Positions 1 to 9,243 of a stretch of DNA of 59,217 bases are shown here, piece by piece. A model generated the notes under the pieces. That model worked only from the letters and a program-made list of their open reading frames with translations, ran no database searches and was not told where the DNA came from. Every line of letters begins with the position of its first letter. Position 1 is the first letter of the stretch. The position numbers were made by a program, and so were the translations under genes. The DNA is from Candidatus Falkowbacteria bacterium (lineage in GTDB: Bacteria > Patescibacteriota > Patescibacteriia > Patescibacteriales > UBA12075), in contig JAZDLN010000021.1 of assembly GCA_043801965.1 (NCBI GenBank), positions 1 through 59,217 of the forward strand, read 5' to 3'.

Positions 1-44
1 GGTATTATCCGGGTAATTTATATAGGGTTCTATATTTGTTGTCA

Positions 45-704
45 CTAATACCCCTTGGCCTTGGCCATAGTAAGCAGGGTACGAAACAGTATCTTTACGT
101 CGCAGATAATTATCCGCCAAGCCGGCGAAGAAGCGCACATATCAAGGTACTCCTGATCCAGACGTTCCTGGCCCGCCCCTAATTCGCCCTTGCGCGCCTG
201 ATAAGGCCCGGTCAGTCCGGCTCTAAGCGCGGTTTTAGTCAAACTGCCGGTTTTTACGTGCCGTTCGTAAACCGCGAGATTAAGCGGCCGCGGCCCGACC
301 AGACTCATGTCGCCTTTTAGCACGCTAAAAAGCTGGGGAAGTTCGTCCAGGTAAAGGCGCTGCACGATCCGGCCGACCCGGGTCAAGCTCTGTCCGTCGT
401 GCTCGAGGCTTTTCGTATGGATGAATTCGCCTCTTTTTTTCATGTCCGCGATCGTCTCCGGTTTGAAAATATTGAATTTCACGAATCGGAACGGTTTCCC
501 CTCTGACACCCTCTCCTCCGCGTAAAAAAGCGGAGCCAGGATTTGTCCCCGAAAAACGTGCTCAATTAAAATAGCGGCCGCGATCAGGACAAACAACGGC
601 AGAGCGGCGAGCAAAATAAAAAAAGACACCGCCAGATCGAAGAATCTTTTCAAAAGAGGAATCGGAATTATAACCGATGAATTTTTGTTGATTTTTAAAT
701 CCAT
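45..704 (-). CDS. Polyprenyl-phosphate sugar-1-phosphate transferase (bacterial sugar transferase family, WbaP/PglC type)
   Basis: 219 aa with ATG at 704. One N-terminal hydrophobic helix is followed by the family motifs LDELPQL and KGDMSLVGPRP. Confidence 0.85.
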   Translation of the reverse strand: MDLKINKNSSVIIPIPLLKRFFDLAVSFFILLAALPLFVLIAAAILIEHVFRGQILAPLFYAEERVSEGKPFRFVKFNIFKPETIADMKKRGEFIHTKSLEHDGQSLTRVGRIVQRLYLDELPQLFSVLKGDMSLVGPRPLNLAVYERHVKTGSLTKTALRAGLTGPYQARKGELGAGQERLDQEYLDMCASSPAWRIIICDVKILFRTLLTMAKAKGY

Positions 705-802
705 AATAAAATATTAACCTGTATTCGAAAATTAAGCAAACTATTCGAATATTTTGGCTTATATAAAAGATAAAAATATATTCTTCTGCTTAAACCCGGA
801 TA

Positions 803-831
803 TTGACAAAATTCGATAAACATGATAATTT
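803..831 (+). promoter_or_regulatory. Putative sigma70-type promoter for the 882 gene
   Basis: TTGACA at 803-808. TG at 823-824 is followed by TAATTT at 826-831, giving a 17-nt spacer. Confidence 0.35.
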
Positions 832-881
832 TATATAATTTCGTACCTTAACATATCAATGAATTAATCGGGGAGGCAGTC

Positions 882-2285
882 ATGCATTTTACCATCCTTG
901 TCGCGGTATTAACAGCCGCTATTACCGGATTGGCCGTAAAATTCATTTTTGACCGATTCGTAAAAACACAAAAAGAAATCACCTGGAAAGAATATGGCAT
1001 CGTGATGGCCGTAATAGCTTCATTGGCCGCGCCCGGTTCGGTTTATATGGGCTGGGAAACGGCCAAAAAAAATTTAGTGACTTTTAACGAATTCTGGTCG
1101 GGTTGGGAAACCGAAGTCCACAAGGAAGACGTCGAATGCTATCGCGACGGACCCTGCCGGTGGGAATACGATTGCGATCCCTATACGGTATCCTACGATT
1201 GCGATTGCAACGACAAGGGAGAATGCGATACTTGCAAAAGAACGGAATACCACGATTGCCCATACGCGACCGAAGAAACTCATTATTACGTCAGAACCAC
1301 GATCGGCACTTACGAGATCGACCGGCACAGATTGCCGGAAAATCCGCAGGCGCACAGATGGCGCCGTTTCGAAAGGATCCCCGATCGCGTGATCTCGAAC
1401 GCGGGAACCGGAGAGCATCCTTTCTGGACAAAAGCCAAGGAACGGATCGCCGCGGGGGAGCCCGGACCGGTCACGAAAAAATGGGAATATAATAATTATA
1501 TTTACGCGAGCGAACAAAAAATACTGCAAAGCTTCTCGGCCGATATCGAGGTTTACGAAAAAAGCGGGCTCTTCCCGGTATTCCAGAGCCACATTTATGA
1601 TTTCTATCACGCGAACAAGGTTTATTTCGTCGGCTTAAATCCGCCGAACCGCAAAGATTGGTTCGACGCGATGTCCTACCTGAACGCTTCTTTCGGCAAG
1701 GTACTTCAGGGCGACATGCACCTGGTGATCATCCGGAACGATTCGATCGCTTCCGACCCGGAAAAGTACGCCTTGGCGCTCAAAGCCTATTGGCAGGATA
1801 TAAAACGGCACGGAGAGAACGCCTTAAGCAAGAATTCAGTCGTCGCCGTTACCTTGACTGATGGCGAAAAGATCATCTGGACCAGGTCTTTTACCGGCAT
1901 GCCCGTCGGGAACGAGACTATGCTCACGGCCCTGGACAACGGTTTGCGCGGGACCGAACTCAGTCCGGAAAAAATTATCGGAAAAGTAAAACGAAAATTA
2001 AAAGGAGGCAAAGCGGAAGATATTTACGGGGAAGGAAAGGTCGAAAATATCGTTTTCGGACTTAAGGACCCAGAAACGCGTTTTAAGCGGATCAGCATGT
2101 CGGCTAAAGATCCCGATGATAATGGCCGGGGATTCCTTTATCTCGTGGACCAGATCCAGCCGACAAAAAAACAGAGAATATTCATCCATGTCGCTACATT
2201 CTTTTTTTGCGGTCTTGGCTGGGTAATCGCCATTGTAATCGGCGACAAAGGTAATACCGGATTCCATTTCCGTAAAAAGCGATAA
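882..2285 (+). CDS. Hypothetical membrane protein with a Cys-rich cluster
   Basis: 467 aa. GGGAGG lies just upstream of ATG 882. There are hydrophobic helices at the N- and C-termini. Ten Cys fall within about 45 residues (ECYRDGPCRWEYDCDPYTVSYDCDCNDKGECDTCKRTEYHDCPY). No family recognised. Confidence 0.6.
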   Translation: MHFTILVAVLTAAITGLAVKFIFDRFVKTQKEITWKEYGIVMAVIASLAAPGSVYMGWETAKKNLVTFNEFWSGWETEVHKEDVECYRDGPCRWEYDCDPYTVSYDCDCNDKGECDTCKRTEYHDCPYATEETHYYVRTTIGTYEIDRHRLPENPQAHRWRRFERIPDRVISNAGTGEHPFWTKAKERIAAGEPGPVTKKWEYNNYIYASEQKILQSFSADIEVYEKSGLFPVFQSHIYDFYHANKVYFVGLNPPNRKDWFDAMSYLNASFGKVLQGDMHLVIIRNDSIASDPEKYALALKAYWQDIKRHGENALSKNSVVAVTLTDGEKIIWTRSFTGMPVGNETMLTALDNGLRGTELSPEKIIGKVKRKLKGGKAEDIYGEGKVENIVFGLKDPETRFKRISMSAKDPDDNGRGFLYLVDQIQPTKKQRIFIHVATFFFCGLGWVIAIVIGDKGNTGFHFRKKR

Positions 2286-2308
2286 CCAAAAACACACAGG
2301 AGGAAAGC

Positions 2309-2953
2309 ATGAAGAATCAAAAAGGCGGCGTAAAGATCGTATTGATCGTTTTGGGGGTAATCGTCGGCGGTCTTTTTCTTCTGGGGTTAGGCGGGTATGC
2401 CAAACTGAATGGTTTAAGGACAGCTTCGATTCATCACGAGACCGGCCTGAACGCCCAATACCTTGATAACCAGAACCTGCTGTCGGAATTCGTGAACGGG
2501 TTTTATGAACAACTGGGCCTCGCTAACCACAAGAGCGACAAGATGGACAAGATCATCCGCGACGCCGTGACCGGCCGTTACGGGGATGACGGATTTTCCG
2601 CCAACGGCGCGTTCTTCGCGGCGGTAAAGGAAGCTTATCCCGATCTGGCCGGCCTCGATATCTACGACAAGATCGCGGATTACGTCCGCGCCAAACGGGC
2701 CGAGTTCAAGAATTACCAAACGAAAATTCTTTCCATGATCCAGGCTTACGAAATATGGCGCCAGGACGGATATATCGACAGTATTATCATCGAGAAGATC
2801 ATCGGCGTGCCCACGAGGCGCCTTGAGGCCAGAATTGGCGAAGACGTTTATTACGGACCCGAGGCTCTGGAAAAAATGAAACGGATCGTCATTTCCGGGA
2901 AAACCAAAGACGCTTTCAAAAACGGCGAAATGGGCCCCCTGGAAATAAAATAA
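2309..2953 (+). CDS. Hypothetical membrane-anchored protein
   Basis: 214 aa with AGGAGG upstream and a single N-terminal TM helix. It starts 23 nt after the previous gene. I looked for LemA motifs and did not find them. Confidence 0.6.
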   Translation: MKNQKGGVKIVLIVLGVIVGGLFLLGLGGYAKLNGLRTASIHHETGLNAQYLDNQNLLSEFVNGFYEQLGLANHKSDKMDKIIRDAVTGRYGDDGFSANGAFFAAVKEAYPDLAGLDIYDKIADYVRAKRAEFKNYQTKILSMIQAYEIWRQDGYIDSIIIEKIIGVPTRRLEARIGEDVYYGPEALEKMKRIVISGKTKDAFKNGEMGPLEIK

Positions 2954-2962
2954 AAAAAGACG

Positions 2963-2988
2963 GGACAAGCAAAAAGCTTGTCCTTTTT
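2963..2988 (+). terminator. Intrinsic terminator
   Basis: GGACAAGC-aaaaa-GCTTGTCC hairpin followed by TTTTT. Confidence 0.8.
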
Positions 2989-3100
2989 AATTATCCGAAA
3001 ATCCTTGACCTCTTATAAATAATATGCCAATATAAAGAAAATAATAAAGATACGTACTTTTAAATTTAAGCCAGCCCGGCAAAAAAAAGGGGGGGTAAAA

Positions 3101-3892
3101 ATGGCATTTTGGATACTGTTGGGAGTTCTCATATTCATCCATGAATTCGGCCACTTCCTGGCCGCCCGTCTCTGCGGCGTAGGCGTAGAAACCTTTTCTT
3201 TGGGTTTCGGACCGCGCCTGACTGGCATCAGGGTAGGTTTAACCGATTACCGGATCTCTTTGATCCCTCTGGGCGGTTACGTAAAAATGGTCGGCGATGA
3301 ACGGGAGCGGGAACTTAAGCCGGAATTCGCGCGCCTGTCTTTCAATAATAAGCCGCTCTGGCAAAAAAGCCTGATTGCCGCGGCCGGACCGGTATTTAAT
3401 TTCCTCCTGGCCGCGATAATCATCTTTGGCATTCTTTTTACTCAGGGAGTTCCGATAAAAAACGGCAATGAATTTTCCTACCAAAAAATCGGCCCGATTA
3501 AGTCCGCTCTTACGGCCGTAGTTGTAACCGGAAAAATCGCCAAACAACAGGCGACAAACATCGCTAAAATGGCCGCCGGAAAAATTTCCGTCAAAGAAAA
3601 TCTGGGCAGCCCGGTCGCTATTCATAAAATGAGCATAGAGGCCGCACAAGAAGGTTTGATAGCGTTTTTCTACTTAATCGCTAAAATAAGTATCGGCCTG
3701 GCCATTTTCAATCTTCTGCCCATCCCCGCTTTAGACGGCGGTCATCTGCTTTTCTTCGGCATCGAAGCCGTCAAGGGCGGCCCGGTAAGCCTTAAAACCA
3801 GGCAGAGGGCGCAGGTCGCCGGCGTCTGTATTTTGCTCGCGTTGATGGTCTTTACCATATATAACGATATCGCCCGGCGGATACTCTCCTAA
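3101..3892 (+). CDS. M50 site-2 metalloprotease (RseP-like, short form)
   Basis: HEFGHFLAAR (HExxH) and NLLPIPALDGGH motifs, multi-pass membrane. At 263 aa it is too short to hold the PDZ domains of canonical RseP. Confidence 0.85.
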   Translation: MAFWILLGVLIFIHEFGHFLAARLCGVGVETFSLGFGPRLTGIRVGLTDYRISLIPLGGYVKMVGDERERELKPEFARLSFNNKPLWQKSLIAAAGPVFNFLLAAIIIFGILFTQGVPIKNGNEFSYQKIGPIKSALTAVVVTGKIAKQQATNIAKMAAGKISVKENLGSPVAIHKMSIEAAQEGLIAFFYLIAKISIGLAIFNLLPIPALDGGHLLFFGIEAVKGGPVSLKTRQRAQVAGVCILLALMVFTIYNDIARRILS

Positions 3893-3898
3893 AAACAA

Positions 3899-3923
3899 AG
3901 TCCCGAATAAACGGGACTTTTTC
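3899..3923. terminator. Bidirectional intrinsic terminator between convergent genes
   Basis: AGTCCCG-aataaa-CGGGACT hairpin with an A-run before it and a T-run after it. Confidence 0.75.
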
Positions 3924-3943
3924 ATTGCGTAAATAAAAAATAA

Positions 3944-5263
3944 TCAAAATATTTTCCACCATTTTCTTTTCTCCATTATTATTACGCTCTCCATGTGCGG
4001 CGTCTGCGGGTAAAGATCGAAAAGCCGCCAATGGCGCGCCCGGTATTTTTTCTTAAAGAGGGCGAAGTCGCGCGCCTGGGTCAAGGGATTGCAGGAAATA
4101 TAAATAAAATTTTCCGGCGCTTTTTCGAGGATTGCTTTGATAACTTTCGGATGAAGCCCTGTGCGGGGCGGATCCACGATGACAGTATCAGCCTTAGATA
4201 AGATTACGGACAGATCCTGCTTTTCCGCGGCACCGCCGATAACCGCAGCGTTGGCGATCTTGTTTACGGAGAGGTTGAAACGGGCCGCCTCGGCCGCCCG
4301 GAGATCGAATTCGACGCTTATTACCCGCTCGAAGTCACGGGCCAGAGAAAATCCGATCGTTCCCACGCCGGAGTAAAGATCTATAAGCGTTCCGCCTGGC
4401 CGGATATTGTCTTTTAGGTAACTAAGAAGGCCGGAAAAGGCCGGCGGGTTGGTCTGGAAAAAACTGTCATAATAATACTTTAATTTCAGGCCGGATATTT
4501 CTTCGGTCAGATAATCCCGCCCCTCTTCATGTAAAACTTTGGTCGTGACCGTCGCCGGCGTCCTCGGGTCGGAATAAATTATCCGCCAACCGGCCAAACC
4601 GGGAATATCCGCGCCTCCGACCGGAAAATTCTCATCCGCGACAAAAAGCGCGGCCAGGCATTTATCTTCAAAATAACCGTATCTTATCAATAAATACTTA
4701 AGCTGTTCCCTTTTTATGTTCTGCGCCGCCAGCGTTTTTACTATTTCTCCGGCGCAGGCGTTTATCCGTTCGTGCGCGATCGCGCAGCCGGTAAGCGGCC
4801 AGCATTCATAACGGCTGCCGCGCTTATGCAGGGCCAGGGACAGCCCGCCGGATTTATTTTCCGTAAAACTGAATTCCATCTTATTGCGGTAATGCCATAA
4901 CCGTTCGCCTCCGACGATGCCGGGATCGCTTTGCGGCAATTTTCCCGCCGATTCCCGGAACATTCTTTCCGCCGATTCCCGCTTGTACTTAAACTGCAGT
5001 TCTTCCGGAATTATCTGCCAGGGAGAGCAGGAAAAAAAATGGTCCTCCGCGGCCGGCCGTCTCGCGGCCGCGGGTTTTATTACCTCTAAAAATCCGGCCG
5101 TTATCCCTTTCCGCCGTTTTTTAAGCGGCCTCGCCATAACGGTTTCTCCGGGCAGAGCCCCGTAAACGAAAACCTCCCGGCCGCCGTACCGCCCGACACC
5201 CTCGCCCGCAAAAGAGAATTTTTCGATTTTTACCTCGAATTGAGACGGAAGTTTTTTTGACAT
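3944..5263 (-). CDS. 23S rRNA (uracil-5-)-methyltransferase, RumA/RlmD/TrmA family
   Basis: 439 aa. N-terminal TRAM-like segment, FFQTNP, SAM-binding LIDLYSGVGTIG, and VIVDPPRTG. Confidence 0.85.
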   Translation of the reverse strand: MSKKLPSQFEVKIEKFSFAGEGVGRYGGREVFVYGALPGETVMARPLKKRRKGITAGFLEVIKPAAARRPAAEDHFFSCSPWQIIPEELQFKYKRESAERMFRESAGKLPQSDPGIVGGERLWHYRNKMEFSFTENKSGGLSLALHKRGSRYECWPLTGCAIAHERINACAGEIVKTLAAQNIKREQLKYLLIRYGYFEDKCLAALFVADENFPVGGADIPGLAGWRIIYSDPRTPATVTTKVLHEEGRDYLTEEISGLKLKYYYDSFFQTNPPAFSGLLSYLKDNIRPGGTLIDLYSGVGTIGFSLARDFERVISVEFDLRAAEAARFNLSVNKIANAAVIGGAAEKQDLSVILSKADTVIVDPPRTGLHPKVIKAILEKAPENFIYISCNPLTQARDFALFKKKYRARHWRLFDLYPQTPHMESVIIMEKRKWWKIF

Positions 5264-5351
5264 ATTACTTACTTACTTTCTGAATTTTAAACAATAAACT
5301 TGCCCGCGCTTAAAGCTAAATAAATTCTACACCTCTTTAAAACTTCTGACA

Positions 5352-5382
5352 ATAATAAAACGGTCTCGTTAAAAGACCGTTA
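5352..5382 (-). terminator. Intrinsic terminator after the acidic protein gene
   Basis: AACGGTCT-N7-AGACCGTT hairpin, U-rich on both flanks. Confidence 0.6.
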
Positions 5383-5388
5383 TTTTTT

Positions 5389-5793
5389 TTAAGCCGTCTT
5401 TTTTTTTGCCGCTCTTTTTTTAAGGAATTCGTCCTGCTTCCTGATCTCTTTTAACTTCCTTAACGATTCATTCGGAAGATTATCATAGTCATCCTCGTCT
5501 ATGATCCCGAAAACAGAGTCAAGGAACTCATCGATGTTTTCTTCAACATCATCCAAACCGTCCTTATCGATTATTCCCCGGACATTTTCCCAGGCCTCTT
5601 CTCTTAACTTGTCCGTCTCCTCATCGAATTGATCCATATCTTCTTCGTCAATCGCGTCTTCCTCCATGATTTTTCTTGTCCTGTCCTTAAACTTGTCAAA
5701 AATCCGGTCAAATACCTCTCTTTTTGCTTTTTCCGCTTCCTGCGCTTTCTGATTTTCTTCTCTGGCCTTTCTTACTATTTCGTCCGGCGTCAT
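5389..5793 (-). CDS. Hypothetical highly acidic Lys/Glu/Asp-rich protein
   Basis: 134 aa with AAGGGGG upstream of the ATG. Low-complexity charged sequence, no family recognised. Confidence 0.55.
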   Translation of the reverse strand: MTPDEIVRKAREENQKAQEAEKAKREVFDRIFDKFKDRTRKIMEEDAIDEEDMDQFDEETDKLREEAWENVRGIIDKDGLDDVEENIDEFLDSVFGIIDEDDYDNLPNESLRKLKEIRKQDEFLKKRAAKKKTA

Positions 5794-6001
5794 CTTTGCC
5801 CCCTTCTTAATTTTGGAATTTTAGGTTAAAAATATCTTTTGCTAATATTCTATTATTAAATACGCGGATAAGTCAAGCTAAAAACAAAAATTAATGTTTG
5901 TTTAAATAATTTTTATGGTATAATTAAACAAGTATCAAGCCAAAAGCATTAAATATCGGGCAGTTAGCCAACTTAACATTTTATATTTAATATTAAATAA
6001 T

Positions 6002-7363
6002 ATGACTGACGTAAAACAATACATAAAATCCAACCAAAAAAAATTCTTAAACGAACTTTTCGAACTTCTGCGCTTTCCCTCCATTAGCGCCGACCCTAAG
6101 AACAAAAGCGATATCCGGGCCGCGGCCGAATTCATCAAGGTGAAACTGATCGCGGCCGGCGCTGACAAGGCGGCCATAGAGCTGACCGGCGGGCATCCGG
6201 TGGTTTACGGAGAAAAAATCATTGATAAAAAATTGCCGACGGTGCTGGTGTACGGGCATTACGACGTCCAGCCGGTCGATCCGATCGCCCTCTGGAAATC
6301 AGCGCCTTTCGAGCCGACCGTAAAGAACGGAAAAATTTACGCGCGCGGCGCTTCGGATGACAAAGGCCAGATGTACGCGCACATCAAGGCTTTCGAATAT
6401 CTTAATCATGAAGAAAGCCTGCCCGTAAACATCAAATTTATTATCGAGGGGGAGGAAGAGATCGGCTCGGCAAATCTAGACGCTTATATCCGGAAAAACC
6501 GGAAAAAACTCGCGGCCGACATCGTTTTGATCTCGGACACCGAAATGTTCAGTAATTCCGTACCCTCGATCACGGCCGGGCTTAAGGGGCTTGTCTACCT
6601 CGAGGTCGGGCTGACCGGACCGAATCACGATCTCCATTCCGGAGTTTACGGCGGCGCCGTAGCCAACCCGATAAACGTGCTTTGCGAGATCATAGCGCGG
6701 CTCAAAGACAAAAACGGCCGCGTTTCAATTCCCGGATTTTATGACGATGTCGTTCCGCTGACTTCGGCCGAGCGCCGGAGCATGAAAAAAATACCCTTTA
6801 ACCTGGCCCGTTACAAGAAAGAACTGGGAATCGCGGAAGTAGCCGGGGAGAAAGGCTATTCTACCCTGGAACGCGCCGGCGCCCGGCCGACCCTGGACGT
6901 GAACGGCATCTGGGGCGGGTTTACCGGGGAAGGCTCGAAAACCGTGCTCCCCTCGAAAGCGCACGCCAAAATATCAATGCGCCTGGTGCCCGGCCAAAAC
7001 CCGAAAAAGATCACCGCCTTATTCATCAAGCATTTTAAAGCTCTGGCGCCGAAAACCGTCAAAGTTAAAATCAAAACCTATACCGGCGGCGAACCATTCG
7101 TGACCAAGCTCGACTCCCCGGTTTTCCGGGCCGCGGAAAAAGCTTACGCGCGGGCGTTCGGAAAAAAACCGCTCCCTCTCCGAACCGGAGGCAGTATTCC
7201 GATCACGGCTTTATTCAAAAAGATACTCAAGGCGGAACCGATCCTCATGGGTTTCGGACTTGACGCGGACGCGATCCATTCCCCGAACGAAAGTTTCGGC
7301 GTCTGGAATTATCTTAAGGCCATCGAAACGATCGTTTATTTCTACGAGAGTTATAAAAAATAA
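6002..7363 (+). CDS. M20 family dipeptidase (ArgE/DapE/ACY1/CPG2 family)
   Basis: 453 aa with GHYDVQP, GASDDKGQ and EGEEEIGS metal-site motifs. Confidence 0.85.
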   Translation: MTDVKQYIKSNQKKFLNELFELLRFPSISADPKNKSDIRAAAEFIKVKLIAAGADKAAIELTGGHPVVYGEKIIDKKLPTVLVYGHYDVQPVDPIALWKSAPFEPTVKNGKIYARGASDDKGQMYAHIKAFEYLNHEESLPVNIKFIIEGEEEIGSANLDAYIRKNRKKLAADIVLISDTEMFSNSVPSITAGLKGLVYLEVGLTGPNHDLHSGVYGGAVANPINVLCEIIARLKDKNGRVSIPGFYDDVVPLTSAERRSMKKIPFNLARYKKELGIAEVAGEKGYSTLERAGARPTLDVNGIWGGFTGEGSKTVLPSKAHAKISMRLVPGQNPKKITALFIKHFKALAPKTVKVKIKTYTGGEPFVTKLDSPVFRAAEKAYARAFGKKPLPLRTGGSIPITALFKKILKAEPILMGFGLDADAIHSPNESFGVWNYLKAIETIVYFYESYKK

Positions 7364-7390
7364 TATACTGAAATATTAACGCGAGAAGCA

Positions 7391-7429
7391 ATAAAAAACC
7401 GGTTCTAATGAACTGGTTTTTTGTTTTTT
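7391..7429. terminator. Bidirectional intrinsic terminator
   Basis: AACCGGTTC-taat-GAACTGGTT hairpin flanked by A6 and T6. Confidence 0.7.
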
Positions 7430-7436
7430 AATTTGT

Positions 7437-7637
7437 TTACAGGAATTTGAAAAAAATAACGGCTATGATCGTTGCGATTATAAGGGGCCAGCTTATTTTA
7501 TTGACCAGCCGCTTTATTTGACGGCAATCGGGACAGGTTCCTTTTTCGTCCCCGTAAAGCAGGAAATATTTTCCGCAATGGTCGCAAGTCCCCACTTCAT
7601 CGAATTCCGCGTCGATTACCTCATTATTATTTCCCAA
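7437..7637 (-). CDS. Small zinc-ribbon protein with C-terminal TM helix
   Basis: 66 aa. CDHC...CPDC pair followed by a hydrophobic tail. The start is TTG, preceded by GGGAGGA. There is no in-frame ATG. Confidence 0.5.
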   Translation of the reverse strand: MGNNNEVIDAEFDEVGTCDHCGKYFLLYGDEKGTCPDCRQIKRLVNKISWPLIIATIIAVIFFKFL

Positions 7638-7743
7638 AATTCCTCCCTTCTTCTAAAATAAACAATCGCCGATCTTATAGTAATCTTCATTTTGATTCCA
7701 ATTTTTTATTTATTGGAATATTCAGTAATGATCTATGGACGAA

Positions 7744-9012
7744 TTAATTCGCCTTATCGAGATCTTCCCGCCATTTTTTTATCTCCTCGAAAAATCTATT
7801 CTTATTTTCATCGGCAATGGCTTTGCCGGGCGGCAGAATCTCTTTTAAAGGATTTACCTTGACGCCGTTCTTGACCATCTCGAAATGCAGGTGCGGTCCG
7901 GTCGAAAAACCCGTGGAACCGACATAACCGATAATTTCTCCCTGCTTTACTTTAGCTCCGCGCTTAACTATAATCTTCGACTGGTGCGCGTAGTTCGTCG
8001 TATAAGTGCCGTTGTGCCTGATCGAGGTAAGGTTGCCGTAACCGGCCGCGCTCCAGCCGGCGGAAACGACCGTGCCGTCGCCGACGGCCCTGATCGGCGT
8101 CCCTTGGGGCGCGGCGTAATCGATCGCCCGGTGACCGGTCGCGACGTTAAAGGCTTCTACATACCGTAGACCGGTCGTAAAACCGGAAGAAATATATTTA
8201 AAAGCGACCGGCGCTTTCAAAAACATCTTCTGGACAGAATTGCCTTCTCCGTCAAAATAACCGCGGTTATCTTCATCTTCTTCGAAATAATACACGTCGT
8301 AAGCCTGACCGTCGTTAATGTAGCGCCCGGAGAGGACCCCTCCCGGCATCTCGTATTTCCCTTCCAGGTAGCGTTCTTCGAAGATGAATTTGAAGGTATC
8401 GCCTACTCGCGGATCCATGGCGAAATCGATCGTCCACTGGAAAGCGTCAGCTAATTCTATTATGGCGCGGATATCGATATCATTGTCCAGGGCCGCCTGG
8501 TACATCGAGGACTCAACCGTGCCTAGGGCGGTTTTTATTCTGACCTCATAGAGTATGGGGGATACTTCCGCCATCCACTCCGCGGTACTCGAAGCCGCGT
8601 CTCCGTAATATTTCTTATTCCGCACGTGAAGCTCGTCTTCCGAATCGATCTTATACCTGAGCTCTTTAAACTCATCCGTTTTCCCGTCGAACACCAATTC
8701 CAAAAAACGTCCGGCCCTTATTTTTACCAGATCATAAACCGGCGCGGCCGCCCCGTAAACCGCCATATAATCGGCGTAAGCGATACTAGTCGAAGATAAG
8801 AGCGTTCCGTAAGTCGCGCCGTCCGCGATCTCGATCTTTTCCACGCGATCAGACTTGATCCGCGCCACGGCAACATCGCCCTGCCCTTCACCTGGATCTG
8901 CTTGTGTAATATTAGTGACATCCTGATTTATTCGCCACAAAAAAACAGCCGTAAAAAGGCTAAAAATAAATAAAAAAAGTAATTGAATTTTACCGGTGCG
9001 GAATTTTTTCAT
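7744..9012 (-). CDS. M23 (LytM-type) peptidoglycan metalloendopeptidase
   Basis: HRAIDYAAPQGTPIRAVGDGTV and GSTGFSTGPHLHFEM motifs. I prefer ATG 9012 (MKKFRTGK... plus a TM helix) over the upstream TTG at 9054. Confidence 0.85.
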   Translation of the reverse strand: MKKFRTGKIQLLFLFIFSLFTAVFLWRINQDVTNITQADPGEGQGDVAVARIKSDRVEKIEIADGATYGTLLSSTSIAYADYMAVYGAAAPVYDLVKIRAGRFLELVFDGKTDEFKELRYKIDSEDELHVRNKKYYGDAASSTAEWMAEVSPILYEVRIKTALGTVESSMYQAALDNDIDIRAIIELADAFQWTIDFAMDPRVGDTFKFIFEERYLEGKYEMPGGVLSGRYINDGQAYDVYYFEEDEDNRGYFDGEGNSVQKMFLKAPVAFKYISSGFTTGLRYVEAFNVATGHRAIDYAAPQGTPIRAVGDGTVVSAGWSAAGYGNLTSIRHNGTYTTNYAHQSKIIVKRGAKVKQGEIIGYVGSTGFSTGPHLHFEMVKNGVKVNPLKEILPPGKAIADENKNRFFEEIKKWREDLDKAN

Positions 9013-9243
9013 AAACCGTAGGTATATTATATCCGGAAAAAAGAATTCCGGCAATACGCCGTCGTAAACGCGCCGGCTTTCCGATATATTCCGTTGATTT
9101 CGTCAATTGACTTAAAGAGGCGGATATAATAAGATAAGATAAAATCAAACGGCAAAAAGTGCCGGAACAAAGGAACATATAAGTGTTCGTTAAAATTTTA
9201 TTTTTTTTGCCCATCCCCGATCGGGGAAGAAGGGAAGGATAAC

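Noticed and set aside
2309-2953. LemA-family assignment for the 214-aa membrane-anchored protein
   Set aside because: The architecture (N-terminal TM helix plus a helical domain) is similar. However, I could not find the conserved LemA motifs (R..DLIPNLV..VK.Y type), so it is left as hypothetical.
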